A DNA stretch of 64,000 nucleotides. Origin: Lepidodermella squamata (lineage: Eukaryota > Animalia > Gastrotricha). Under the pieces are notes generated by a model. The model did not search any database. It was not told the DNA's origin and was given only the letters and a program-made list of their open reading frames with translations. The translations under genes and the position numbers were made by a program. Below, one piece after another: positions 12,001 to 25,900 of the stretch (positions are counted from its first letter, which is position 1; the number at the start of each line of letters is the position of its first letter). The stretch lies in contig JBLDXI010000033.1 of assembly GCA_047495785.1 (NCBI GenBank), forward strand, positions 434,001 to 498,000. The letters run 5' to 3'.

Positions 12001-15000
12001 ATGCAACAACGTTACCCGGCGCGTTCGGTTTGATAGCTCTCAGTTATAGTAAATATATTCGCTGAGAAATCTCCCGTTTCAGACGAATATTTCTGGCTTA
12101 TCGATTCCAGGGAGAGGCACCTCAGGCTTCCCCTCTACCAAACAGGAGCACAAAATCTGGACTTGGGGTTCTATTACAGCTTGGATTCAAGCGGAAACTG
12201 TTTATTTATTGATGGCGGCACTCTAAGATGGGACTTTACCAATTGCTACCGGAGCTTCGGAGGCATTAGAGAATTATCACCCCTCATAAGGAAACAAACT
12301 ACGCGAGGTTGTCCAGAAGGCTGGGTCTACTTTCAAGGCAGCTGCTATCGGACAACGTTGCCTTACACTTCAACAAGTAAATCTTAAACGCGAATTTATT
12401 TCTCCCCGATTTAATGGTTTTAATTAATTTAGTAACACCGCTCAACTTCTATGCGGCTGTGTACAAATGTCATAGAGATGGTCTCAATCTATGGAAAACT
12501 GGTAGCGTTTGGCCGATAAGCATAAACACCGAGGAGGAAATGTTGTTCGCGCGAAACTATCGATCTAGAGTCGGGCAACGTCTGAGACAAACCGGCCAAG
12601 CGTGTCATTATTGGACCCCTTGCCGCAGCCTTGTTGCGAATTGGCGACAGGGCAGAGACTGGACGGTGTTGCCAACGAGCAACTACTTTCTCAGCTCCTT
12701 CTCTAGTCCAGGCGATTACAGTAAGTTGACGATTGAGAATGTGCTGATTTTCTCAAGCATGATGTTTAAGATTATCGAATTTGGCCAATGGATGGGAAAT
12801 CTTTATCTCCGATTCTTTCTGTCGGCCAATACGCAAATCCGATGCGTAACTCATCGGAAAGGTTTCTTGGCATTGGTCAAGATGGAATGCTAACCTCCTT
12901 TCCTGGAACCAGCTCGAATCAATCTCTTATGATGGGTTCTTTGCTATGTGAAACTCAGCCATTCGTACCGTGCACGAAGCCATGCCCTGATGATTGGATT
13001 GTCTATGGAGACGAGTGTTTCACGATATCGACAGAGGAAGCAGCGGGCTCTTGGCAAGCAGCCCTTGATTATTGTTATTCTCAGGGCGGCTATCTTGCCC
13101 ACATTGAGACTATCTCAGAGAATCAATTCTACGCAGGGGTGATTTCGGAAATCGGCGGCAGGTTCTGGATCGCTATGAATACTCGAATGGTACGGTGTCC
13201 ATCCGAGTACTTTTATCATTCACAAGTCAATAAGTGCTACAGCATCCGACCTCCTGCATCATACTACTCGATTGATGCGCAAATTTATTGCAAAGATTTG
13301 CAGAATGGGTTTCCACCGAAAGAAGCCACTGTAGATGAGGTCCAGTTTCTTTCGAATATTAGCCTAATGCTGTCTCAATCGGGCGGTGGCGTAATTCTTG
13401 GTCTCTACACGTCATATCAAGTAGCGATCGACCCTAGATGTAAGCCAGCCAGTTTAGCTTATATAATTACCGCACAGTGATAAATTGTTTTGCCAGCGAA
13501 AAATTCTAGCAGTTTTATACGCTGGTACGACGGAACCCCTTTTGATCCTACTTCGGCAACTAATAAGTGGCAGAGAAGCAGCGCATTCACAATCTCGGAT
13601 GGTTTCGTATTACGATCAACCGGCGGAGTATGGTCAGTTGAAAGTCGCGACTACAGGACATCCGCTGCTTATATTTGCGAAGCTGAGCCAGTAGTGGAAC
13701 CCGATGTAACCGTATGGAGATCAGCTATACAATCATGTATGTATGACGCAATTTTTCAATTGAACTTTTGAAGTGTAGTTCGTCAATCCTATAGATATAT
13801 CATGCCCTCTGGATTACATACCTGTCAGTGGGCGATGCTTCAAAATTACCGCCCTCTCTGGAGATATGTCCACTTTGATTAAGCAATGTGGTGACACGAC
13901 GAACTTCATGAGAATCGACACAGATCAACAGGCTGACTACATCTTTTCGTACTTCAGCTGGAATTCAGCGAATATAGCGATGCCTGGTGCTGTTTATCCT
14001 TATAAAATTTGGACGACTCTTCTACTGTCGAATGCACTTACCGCCTGGCCACCTTACGCCATTAATTCAACTTTCGATGGCGGGAGCCCGATGGCTCAGT
14101 TCTCGCTGGGTTAGATTTGCTTTTCAAATCCATATTATACTTGAACAAATAACTGTTTTCAGAGCATTTTGTTTGGGAAGAGGACGGAACCTCTCCTGAC
14201 GCCGCATCATTTTTCGGAAAAATTATTCTAGCAGGTCTTACTGTAATAATAACCCCTACTAGTCCGCCCAGCCCCGGTGCTAGAGTTCTGCTGAGCTACA
14301 ACAAAGCCACCGGCCGGTGGTTGTTCACCGTAAGCTCAACGTCACAAACCGCAACATCAAACCTGGCCTGCTCGGTTGATGCCGAATCGATACCAGATAG
14401 TAAGTGTTTCAGAATCTAACAGTCCTAACCTTTTGTTTTGTTTCATGTAACTACAGTCGAATCTCGCATGACACGCCCACACTGGTTTTACACCGATCAA
14501 TTCGCGAGGAAAGCTGGGCTGTATTCCAATCTCGGCACGTCAAAAGTTGGAAGTCTCACGCCTAATTTGTGCTATGGTATTGAAGCGAAGGATGGCATGT
14601 GGTACCCTGATACCTGCTCGAAGCAGCAGTTCTTCCTCTGCGAGCGCCCAATGAGTCCTGGATGCGGCCGGGTTGCGACTGATAACGCGGATCCCCTCTT
14701 ACTTACTAGATGCTCAGCTCTACCGCTATTCTACAACGGTTATGAAATCGAAGGAGTCCCCAGTTGGTCGAATATTTCTTTACCCAACAATTCATACGCA
14801 AGTAAAGGATTTCAAATGTTCTTAATTAAGGCTAATAATTTCTCGCTAGATGGAACCACCTTAAAAATTCGATGCCCATCAAAATATCGATTTTATGATA
14901 TGGCTGATTTCAAAAATACGACATGTCAAAATTCTGGCTGGACCGCTCTGCCGCAATGCGTCGAAAGTGAATAGGATTGCGCATCTTTTGACTTCACCTT

Positions 15001-18000
15001 GATTTTGAGAAATTTACTAGATTTATGCCCTGTGTTGGATGAAATGAACACCTTTCAACTCACGGCTTGCAATGGAAGCGGCGTTGCTTATCAATATGCC
15101 TGTACATCTCCTATATCGCCGCTTTTCGCCCTCCCAAATGCCACTAGAGCACCCAAACCGATGACATACAGTTAATTACAAGATTATTTCATGATGGCAG
15201 TGAAAATTAGTGTTTTTCAGTCCCGTTATGCCCTTTACCATCTCCTAATCTCCAGTCCAAGTACAAGATGTCATTTTTGTGTCGCGATACGACAACGTTT
15301 TACCCTGGTAAGTTGCCATTCTCGCCGGCATTTATCATCAAAATTTCTGAAATTTTTCTAGGCAATGTGGCTACAATCGAATGTGAATCACCAACGGCTG
15401 TTTTCTTGAGTAACGGCCTTTCGACCAAAACAATAAATTGCCAATCCGATAGCACATGGGCCGGCATTGATAGGTGCGTTGAAGGCTGCACTCTTACGTC
15501 ACTCGCGAATACTACAAACTGTGGGCAAGGAACTGTTGAGCTGGGAGGCTGGTGTTACTCGTATGCCGTAAATTCCTCCTCGAGCTCAGGGTTAAATTTC
15601 TCCGATTCTAACCTTCTGATGACAAAGGGAGCGAAATTAGCTGAGATATTTGATTCAACATCGCTGAACGCGATTGGTGATGCTTTGGAACTAACTTCCC
15701 CTCCAGCAATTGCTGCGTCCAAATTCTTCTGGCTAGGGGCGCGGTTTGACGAAAGCAAAGTCGCTTTTGTTTGGCTGTCAACGAATAAGTCGATCGATAC
15801 CTCCCTTTGGCTGCCCGGTCAGCCCTCAATGAAAACAGCAACGGCATGTGTTGTATTGGACATTTCCCAAGTATTTCCAGGCTTAAGAACCGTGGATTGC
15901 GGTCGAACGTTGGCTGTGGCACTTTTCCAGTCCAAATCAACAGCTTACTACAGTAACATACCGCATTACGACTCGCTTTTCGCATTCTGGACCCTGAGTG
16001 GCAGATATGGCTACGTTGACCGAGGCCCTTTGGAAATCAGTTGGAATAGCTCGGCTAACTCAACATATGTTACTGAAACTCTACCTATGGAATTGTTCAA
16101 TTTTTCATCTACACTGAGTATCTTCTTCATCATAACTGACAATCAATTCATTGATTATACCAAGCGACCTGTCATGCAATTCGGCCCAAATTCGACGTTA
16201 ACGCTCAGCATCACGCCTTCAACAATTTCTTTCGAAATGTGGCACTACTTTTGGTACGAACCACAGAGCCTTGTAATGCTTTTAGATAACTACTTTCCAA
16301 CCACTATCGCATTCACATTCGATTATGAGACATCCATGGCTACGGGTTACGTGAATACTCGAATTCGGAACTACACAATTTTTGAGGCTATTCAAGTACC
16401 ACCTGTTATCAGCACGCCCTTGGAATTGACGGTGAATGACATGAATCCGCCCTCATTGGTCATCAAATGCTTGGCCATCTACAACAGAATTCTCAAGGAG
16501 AAAGACATGTTTCAACTCAGAGCAGTATGCCAAGACTACGCTAAAAGTAAGAATGTGATAAAATAGCTTTTCTCAATCAAATAGCCTTGATTCTAGATAC
16601 AGCGCTGATAGGCTTCACTGGTGTTTGTGGCAATGGGGTTATTGAAGTTGGAGAAACGTGCGACGACGGTAATCGAGAACCACTGGATGGATGCAGTGAT
16701 GCCTGCATGGTCGAAGAGAAAAATTGCTGCCCGCTCGGGTTCATTCTCTGGCGAAGCCGATGCTATTTCATATCAGAAATGTGATTCGATCTTTAGTTAC
16801 GCGTTTTGACATTATCGCTTGCTTTGTAGAGTTTCGAGCTTTGATAGAACAAACGCGATATGCATGAATGCAGTGAAAGGTGAGCCGACATCGCCCATTT
16901 TCCTCGAATCGGTTAGTGAGCTCGACGAAATTGGCGGCTTACTCTCGCCAAATCGGTATTACTCCACAGGCTTAATGCAGAATACCAGACCAGGTAAAAC
17001 TTGCAGAAACATCAGATTGAAGCTAGCAACAGTACTCCACCGATATATAGCCGTCGACAGTCTGGTTTCAGCTGGGTCAACAATGGGATATTGGGTCTAC
17101 TCAGAGAACAGAATTTTCGACCCAGACGTGAGTGGAAAAAACAGACATGGCTCATTTGTTGGGGGCATTCCGGAAATGATAACTGTACCTTGGTCGATGT
17201 CTGCTCGAGTGGCTTCGTTCTCGGCTTACAGTAAGCTATAGAAGGCGAATATTTCATCTCTGATCTGAAAATCCATTGTTTATCAGATTACCATGATTTG
17301 ACTGCATACCATGACGAGCTTTCGAATTTGGCGTGTCCATTCACGTTTTTCATCTACGGGAGGTTCGGCCAGATCACCAATTTACCATTCCAGAACGCAT
17401 ATCTGCCAAATACTGCGTGCTTTTTCGAAGTCGCGACTGAATCAATGTCTACCCCAGCTTCGTCCAACTACTCGACTGGCTACATGTTCTGCTATGACGC
17501 TGGAAATGGAACTTTCTACTTTCAACAATATAGCACTAGATCCGGTAGTGCTCTGTGGACACAGTATGGCAATAACGTCAGCTCGGTTCTGTGGTCGTTT
17601 CCTTCATCACAACCGATTGGCACGAGCTTCCTTTACAAGTGGATTGCTTTCGGCTTGACTTGCAACTCGACGCATGTTTCCGTTGTATCAAACAATGAAG
17701 TCCTTGCTTCGTTCAACGCCAGACTGAGTGGAAATTACATTTCAAATTTTGCGTTAAAGTTAGGTCGAGGCGTTAACGGTCCTATTGCATGCGCCGCACT
17801 TTATAGCGAATCCCTAGAGTTGGGCAAACGCAACAGCAGCCTTGCCGCTTTCCAAACAACCTGCGAACGGCTGGTTGTTGCCGGTTTGGACTCAGCCTGT
17901 GGAAATGGCGATAAAGACGGATTTGAGGAGTGTGATGACGGAAATCAAGTCGCGGGAGATGGCTGCTCAGATACTTGCCAAGTTGAAGGTCATTCCATGT

Positions 18001-21000
18001 TGAATTTCCCATTCGCTCGCAACATTTTGGGTTTCTGGCCGCTCACAAGGCAATACAAGCTGGAGGACATCGGCTATCAGAGAACAGTTGGAGAGTTGGC
18101 AGCTGGGAATCTAACTTATAGCTACTTTTTGCTCAAAAAAACTGCTGCAATGGCTCAGCGCGACACTCTGAATGCGGAAACGGCTCAGTTTTCACCGCTC
18201 ACAAGGTATTAAAGAGAAAATTTCTCACGCAAGTATAAATATGTTTCTACTATTTCAGAGTTAAGCTCGTACCTTCAGCTAAATGGCCAGCGTTTGATAT
18301 TTCCCTCAATCGATCCTTCAGTTTCGGATTCTATTGGGGTATACCACTGGCCGCCGATCCTATTAGACGGACTATGTACACATTTTTTCAGTATCAATAA
18401 TTGAATTAATTGAAACCTTCTACGTCATTAGAGCAACCATCGCTGGCTTAGTGGAAATTGGCTATTACATCATCAACGCAACTCAAGGCGGCAGTAATGC
18501 AAAGCGGGAACTTCATATGTTTGCTACACATCCTGATGGTTCCGAGAGTGATTATATAATGGATTACTATTATGCTAACTATCCCGTTCCACCACCAAGG
18601 TAATTTTTACTCTCATTTCGTATTTTCTTTTACTTTTATGGCCTATTTGTAGCTCGAGATTCTCTTTCTACACCTACGATGCTGCTTCGTCAAAAGTTGA
18701 GATATTTGGCCGCTACACCGTCTACGTTTCCAAGAACCTGGACCAATCAGCCCTACGGGATTCGAGATACCTCGCTCGCAACTTGCCGCGTGAACCTCTG
18801 AACTTGGGATGGAAAGGTGCAAACACCAGTGAACCGGGAATCAATGGAAGTATTGGATGCGCCTCCCTCTTTGACAGATCCTTCACTTTTGATGAATTCG
18901 GAGACATCATCAAGTTCTGCCGTCGCTTTAGTGGTACGAGTTACTAATGCTAGCTTTGTTCAAACATTTACCGTATTTTACAGCGTGTCCAGCTGACTTC
19001 GTGCCATATGGAAACTATTGCTACTTTTACGAACCGCAGACTGGTATTCAAAAATCTTATCCCGAGTTTTTCCGCTACTGCCGCCGCCTAGGAGGAAGCG
19101 TTGCGTTTCCAAGAAATGCAGCTCACGACGAATTCATCACCTTCATTTATCCTCCTTTAATTTCGACCCAAAAATATTATAATAAGGGTTTCATCTATAT
19201 TGCAGGTATTGCGGCGCTTTTGAAAATATCAAATTTAGCTAGAATCTACTTTTCGCAGATACTCAACAGTTCTGGGTTGGTTGGGACTATTTTTACAGCT
19301 CGCGGAATTTCTCTGGGCTCTACGAAAACTTTATCAAACCTATGCCATATTACTATCAAAGTGCTGGATATCCACAATATGCCATTGCTGGCACGACAGA
19401 CCTGAACCGAAATCTTTCCTGGTTCTTTGTCCAGACAACTCTGAACTCGCCTTACATGGAGACTTTTTCATGCGAGACTGGTATTTATGGTTTGTTTAGC
19501 TAGGATTGAGCATAAACTAGATAAATATTAGGAGTATTCCAGCTCGACCAGCTTGTGGAGATGGACGGATGAGCTTTGGGGAAAGCTGCGATACGGATAG
19601 CCCTGGTTGTACATCTAATTGTACATTTTCTTGTAAGTTATTGCTAACAACGTTTAGCCTTAGTTTCAACGGTTTGTTTTCAGATCATCCGCATGTTTAC
19701 TTGAGAGAGTATGCCGTTGGCTTCTGGCCCCTGACCTTGCATTACCGAGCAGCAGATTTAACAGGGAACTACATGGGATACACTGTGAAAAACCCATCGG
19801 CGGCCTATCTTGTTGAGCACGGACCATTCCCTAGCTCAGCTACAAGGCCCTCGTCCTATTACTTCAACGCCTCAACTGGCTTGCCGTATGAAACTGAAAG
19901 AGATGGCGACTTAAATTTCGCTCAGTTCAGCGTATCATTTTTTATTTATCGGGATTCCCCTAATGTCGCGCCATATTACTTGATTCGCATGCCGAACTTC
20001 GCGATAAGGATGTTGGATGCGAACACTCTGAATGTTGTAATTCCGAATGTTTTCAATGCCTCATTCGTCAAATGTCGATTTCCGAATTTTGTATGGTCCC
20101 ATTTCATCGTCACATATGATACTGAGCAAGTCATCGTTCTGGTCAACGGAACAGTTTGTGGTCAATCGAAAATTTCTGCGAATTTCACGTATTCCGTTGA
20201 CTTGAGCCGTATATTTGTTGGACAATTCAGGGGCTATTTGACGTGTATCTCTATTTATTCGTCGGTTTTGACGTCTGAAAACGTCGGACCTATCCAAACC
20301 GCCTGTCGAAATGTAGCGACTACACGAGCTAACGGTTGGCACATTTTTGGGTTTTGAATTAAAAAACTTGACTTTTCTACTATTGCTTCTAGTTGCTTTT
20401 GGAGATTGGGCGTGGCTGAGTAAAGGCTCATTGTCGATTCCTTACCAACTTACACCTGGTGCTTGGGACGGTGACTCTTCAGCTCTGAAACTTGACAACG
20501 AGACAGCGACGATAACGATGTCGTCCTCAACTTTACTGACGAGACTCTCGACTGCGATTATTTTTGGATCGTCACGCTTTATTTGCAAGACAGATAACAA
20601 TTGCCTTAGACCATGCTCAGCTGGTGCGTGTGAGAATCCCGGTACGCCATGTCGGATCACTAACAGTGGTTTATCCTACCATGAGCCTACTAAGAGTCCG
20701 CAATACACTGAAAACGATACTGTGACAGTGGATTGCCCCGATGCAACGAATGTTCCGGACCAGAAAGTTAGATATCAATCGTCTCTAGTCTGCTCGAATG
20801 GAACCTGGTCGTCTGCGGTTTGTCCGATTGTAGATCAAAAACTCTACACAAACTTGCCATGGCTTTATAACGTCCCTAGTCAATCAGCAAACTTCAGTTG
20901 TAGACAGGGCTTTATCGCTAATTCCACAGGATATAGCTCGATGTGTTCGGATGTTGGAACGTGGACCAACCCTATACCTAAATGCATAAGTAAGACGCAA

Positions 21001-22418
21001 ACTCAATTACAATGATTTCAGCTTAAACACTCGATTTTTAAGGGAAGCCTTGCCCTATCCCAAGCGCCAATAGGTACTCTGTTACTCCAAATGTCGCACC
21101 CATCAATGACTCAGCGATTCCAAGATATCCAAATTATTTGAGTACAATGAAGCTATCATGTGGTAAGTTGGAACTTTTGGCCGAAAGATCAAATGAAAAT
21201 TATGATTTTTGAAGCTACTGGATATGAAGTAGCATACGGCAGTGAGGACAAAGAAACTATTCGGTATTGTGTCTACGATGCTGCAAGTTCCAGCAGCACC
21301 TGGAAACCTGATATCTTCATCTGCAAAAGTAAGATACTGACCTTATTGATTGCTTTTTGTATTTCCGGACTTCCATAGTCAAAAGCTGCGGGTCTTTCCC
21401 GAATGTTACGAACGCCATTCATAATGGAACAGTTAGAACTTATGGGAGCTATGTCGGCTACCGATGTAACCTGGGCTATGAGCTGAGTACGGATTCTTTC
21501 TGGCTCGGATACGAACAAAGCATTAAATGCAGCTCCGAAGCTCAATGGATTCTGTCGGGAAACGAAGATCCTAATGACCCAAGAGCCCCGGAGAAATGCA
21601 GCCTCAGTTTGTACTACAAAGGCTGTTACAAGATCGATCCAGCCAAGGACATTATGGAAGGATATAAAATCAAAACGTTGACTGGGATGTATCAAAACGG
21701 ATCGTACGCCTTGAACCCGTTTTCAATTGCTAATATCTCTCGAATGGCGATTGACCCGCTGCGCCTTTGCAGGGAGGCTTGCATGGAAAAGGAAGCTTTA
21801 TATTGCGGTTTAGCAGACAAATATTGCTTTTGCCTGAACAAGCTGCCAACGACTGACTTGAAATTGGCAGACGAAAAGTGCGCGGATGATTGCATCGATG
21901 AATCTGGAGCCGCGCACTCTGAGGGAAGGCAATATTGCGGGAGTAAAGACCCTGATGGCGAGCTGGTTATTGCTTCTGTTTACCTGACGAGCATTGGCTG
22001 CTTCAGACCCGATCGATTGGTACCAGTCTTTCTTGAAAATGCGTGGCATAGCCTTGCGGCCTACACCAATGAAAGTTTACCGTATTGGCCATACCAAACG
22101 TTGACCTTCCTGTTCTGCCCCAATCGAACGGTGCGATAAACTCTGACTTCAATTCACTTAACTATATGCTGCTTGAATTTTAGGTCATTCCTTTCACTCA
22201 ACAACGATTTTTCGAGATAAAATGTGGTCTAGCTGGACGGTGGTTCATCCCACCGTTTGAGTGCGATGGTAAGTTATATTCATTTGAACAGGGGGCCTAT
22301 AATATCCAAGATACAAGCCTAACATCAATATCAATATTCAGTGAAAATGCTTGCTTGTCTTGCGTTTACGCTTTATTTTGCAATTATTATTTATTGGATT
22401 CCACTTGAGTTGAGTTGA
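9056..22418 (+). CDS. Giant multi-exon mosaic extracellular/cell-surface protein (fibrinogen C-terminal + multiple C-type lectin + sushi/CCP + LamG-like + Cys-rich repeats + WSC)
   Basis: ATG 9056 opens a signal peptide (MAKTLYSLLIWLVLIADVTKG) followed by GT-AG intron 9117-9167. A chain of + strand exon ORFs separated by ~50 nt introns follows: FReD (GGWTVVFDRRS, WQDYKDGFG, FWLGND), CTLDs (CPDDWIVYGDECF, FWLGA, PFICD), sushi, CGNG..CDDGN repeats, WSC. A candidate last exon 22342-22418 encodes a hydrophobic tail. Individual exon borders and the 3' end are approximate. Confidence 0.8.
9168..9871 (+). other. Fibrinogen C-terminal (FReD) domain exons of the mosaic gene
   Basis: DC..SGIYRVQP, FCAMDGFGGGWTV, SVDFARTWQDYKDGFGNL, FWLGND, GWW..C, and terminal LMIR motifs. 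Confidence 0.88.
16626..16716 (+). other. Cys-rich repeat (Myxococcus Cys-rich / DUF4215-like), copy 1
   Basis: CGNGVIEVGETCDDGNREPLDGCSDACMVE. Confidence 0.85.
17898..17987 (+). other. Cys-rich repeat (Myxococcus Cys-rich / DUF4215-like), copy 2
   Basis: CGNGDKDGFEECDDGNQVAGDGCSDTCQVE. Confidence 0.85.
19554..19625 (+). other. Cys-rich repeat, degenerate copy 3
   Basis: CGDGRMSFGESCDTDSPGCTSNCT. Confidence 0.7.
21610..21990 (+). other. WSC carbohydrate-binding domain of the mosaic gene
   Basis: YKGCY ... CREACMEKEALYCGLADKYCFC ... CADDC ... YCGS ... SVY matches the WSC cysteine pattern. Confidence 0.75.
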
Positions 22419-22927
22419 AGAAGCGAGAGCATGATGCCATCTCGAAGTATTCCACGAATCACACGTGAAGGATCGTAATGGTAAGTAAACATTTCTATTC
22501 CATCATGTGTATCTTGAACATCCGTTTGAGTGGTAGGTGTGAGTTTGCTTCTAGGTTGAGACATCATCCAAAAGATTCTTGGTATGCTCACGGTAAAAAT
22601 TTTGTTAATTGTTTTGGCAATATTTCCGAGAGTGGGGGCTGACCCAATGGACGATTTGAAGACCAAAAGAGCCATGGAGTTGCTAGAAAAATGTCAAAAA
22701 CTTTCACCGGAATCATACGCTCCTGATTGCCAGAATAGAAACGATAGAAAACGGTGCAACCCAACAACCTTGTCGATGGAATTCACTCCGAAGCTGTTCC
22801 ACGACATCAATGATCTTAGAGAAGCCTTCACTATTGCAGGTGTTTTAGCTATCAAGTGGAATATTCAATGTCCGAATTACACACAACCTGAGAATAATTT
22901 CATTATCAATTTACGAGATGGTGACTT

Positions 22928-25900
22928 CGATGGTTTTGCGCTAAAACAGACCGATAGGCTGCATTCTGATATACGCCCATAAAAACTGTGCGGAGTATAT
23001 GCGAGTATATGGTTATACACAGGGCTAATAGCATTTTGGTGCATGCACAAGAGAATGCACTCAGACGAGAGCGATCGATTCTTCCGCAGTAACATGGTAT
23101 ATTTGCGCATTTTGTTCTCTTGTTTTTTCATTTTTATCATCATTCTTTCTTAGATCTCCCGCATCATTTTTGCTGAAAGTAGGACATTGAAAGCATGTGC
23201 TTTAAATTACCCACGATTTTAGTAATTCTGACCTGGTCTGTTCATGGGACGGAGTAGGAATGTTTTCCATAGTTGTCCATTTTAAATCGCAGCAAAATTT
23301 TCTTCTAGAATGATTAGAATCTCCGATAGATTGATAGAGGCTTCTTATCAGATTCTTTAGGAGTTTAGTGAAATCTGAGCTTACCACAAAGTTAAACTCC
23401 TGTTTTGAGGTTTCAGCAAAAATAGGGTAGAAAGGTTGTTTCGGCTGAGATTCCGAAAGTGGCTGCTGGCTACTCTGTTAGGAAAATATTCCATTATTTC
23501 GTTGTTGTGGCGTTTATCAAGCTGATAATGTGGTTTGGGCCCCTGGATAATTTGAAACTATCGCCCTTTTCCTCAAACAACCACCTCCAAAACACAACAC
23601 AACTTCTGATCAAAGATAGAAAGCCAAGTTTGTCGGTTTGGGGCTCAAACTCCACCTAGAACTTGACAGCTACTTCGACGGAAACTATAGACTTATCGAT
23701 CGTGCGTGAATCCTACAATCTACTAACGGTCGAAGGTCGAAGCCTTACGAACAATCGAAACAGTCTCTTAATTAGATCTAACCAGAAGTACTCTTTATTG
23801 CCTTTTAAAATTTAGCATTTGGTATCAGACGCATGCCATCTTCACAATGCTTGGGAGCCGACTATTCCCATGCATGATTGCTTTGGCCGCTGAGTAGCCA
23901 CATCTTTACCTTATATTACCGGTGAATGGCGGCCCATTCCAGAAGGGAGGATTTGCCTGGCGGTTTCACGCTTCCTGTCAACCCTTCCTGTCAGCTTGAT
24001 AAACGCCGCATTCAATGCAAGAACAGAACAAGAACAGAACTTCTCAGATTGGCAATTCGGCTTTCGACAACTCCCTGTTTTCTATCCTTGACATTTTAAT
24101 TTATGACGCTTGTCATTTAGGACTAAAGCATTCAACGTTTCATTTTTAACAACGATTTGAGCTGATGACTGATAACGACCATTGGCTGAAACAGTTTCCT
24201 CCGAGGATAGTGGATTCTAGACACCGCCCATCCAAACAAGCGATGGAAAGAAAACGCAAGCGCAACTCTGGGAAACCCTACCGTCAGTCAGATAAAGGGG
24301 TTAGCGCTAAGTTTAATTCCGGTCGTAAGCCTGTTTACTTCAAGTGTGGTTGCTGGCGTAAATGCTCCTTGAAATTCAATGAAAATTCAGTCAAACAATG
24401 CTTTAACACTTACTGGTCCCGAGCATCTATCGACGCTAGACGAGCATTCATCAACCGTTACGTCAGTTATAAACAGAAACGAGAGAATGGTCCTCGAAGA
24501 TTTGATTATTACTTACCAGGCAACTACTTGGCAACCCCTTCGCCTTCACAATCTAGGGACTCAATCGAAGTATGCAGGTCTTTCTTTCTGAAGGCGCTCG
24601 ATGAAACTCGCGCTTTTATAAACACAACTGTTGAGAAAAAAGTCGAAGACGGCTTCTACATCATACCAGATCAACGCGGTCGCCATAAGCCGCCGAATAC
24701 CACCAGCGATAATTCTTACAAATTTGTTTATCAGCACATCACTTCTTTCGAGCGATTAGACAGTCATTATGCGAGAAGTCAAACTAGCAAGCAATATCTC
24801 GGGTCCGCGCTCAATCTGAAGGAAATGCATCGAATGTACTGCATAGCACACCAAAACTGGGCTCTACGTACTGATGAGAAACCCGTCAAATACGCTACTT
24901 ACCGATCCATATTCAAGAGATCTTTTCCCAATCTCGCTTTCAGTCATCCGAAGAAGGACACCTGCAAGAAATGCACACGATTTGCGACTTTGCCGGATGA
25001 ACTGTTCACCCATGAAGTGATCGTGGAGAAACGGAACCACGAATCCAACAGAGACGCTGCAAGAGATGCCAAGAATGCTGACAAAATTCTAGCAAAACAG
25101 TCGAAAGGATTGATCTTGTGCATCCAGTTTGATATGCAGTCAATCCTCGAAAGCCCTTGCTGCTCGATAATGTACAAAAAAAAGTTCCACACCTCAAACC
25201 TGACTTTCTACGATACTTCATCAAAAGATGTCTACTGTTTCATGTGGGATCAAACAGAAGGGGGTCGTGGGACGGATGAAGTTGGTTCATGTCTCTATAA
25301 ATTCATCACTGAAATGATTCCTGACGAAGTTGAGCAGTTGATTCTATGGAGCGACAGCACTGGAAGCCAAAACAAATCTCAGTACATTGTCAACGCTTTA
25401 TTCGCAGCCTTGTCCAATTCCAAAGGTAATCTCAAAGTCATCGATCACAAGTTTTTCGAGCCGGGCCACTCGCAAATGGAATGTGATTCCGTGCATGCCA
25501 CTATTGAAAGGGAAGCTAAGAAACGAGTCAACATCAGCTATTCAAAGGAATGGAGAGAAATCGTGGCCGCGTCGCGGAAGGCTCCGATTGATGCTGATCT
25601 GAGACTCGAAGTGTACGGCGAGGAAACACCAAACCGCTTGAAAGTGAAACCATACAGCATAACTGAAATGCAATTTGCAAGCTTCTTCAGCTTTGACAAG
25701 TCACCAAAGTTCGCTCAGTATTTGCAAGACGAACAGAAAAATGATGTTAAATGGTCGGAGCCATGTTGGTTCAGATACGAGAAAGACTACCCTAATTATC
25801 TCCAAACCAAGAAAACTTTCGACTTGGCTTTTCATACTTTCGTCGCTAAGCGCTACAACAAAGACGTCATTTTGTTTCCTTTCCTACTTGTTCAAAAATA

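Noticed and set aside
16626-19625. Horizontal transfer from myxobacteria implied by the Cys-rich repeats
   Set aside because: The repeats are short, sit within intron-containing animal-type domains and also occur in animal proteins such as pappalysins.
22269-22600. Splicing of the mosaic lectin gene onto the downstream channel gene to make a lectin-gated channel
   Set aside because: The channel gene has its own ATG and signal peptide and a plausible terminal exon exists at 22342-22418. There is no positive evidence, though only cDNA can exclude it.
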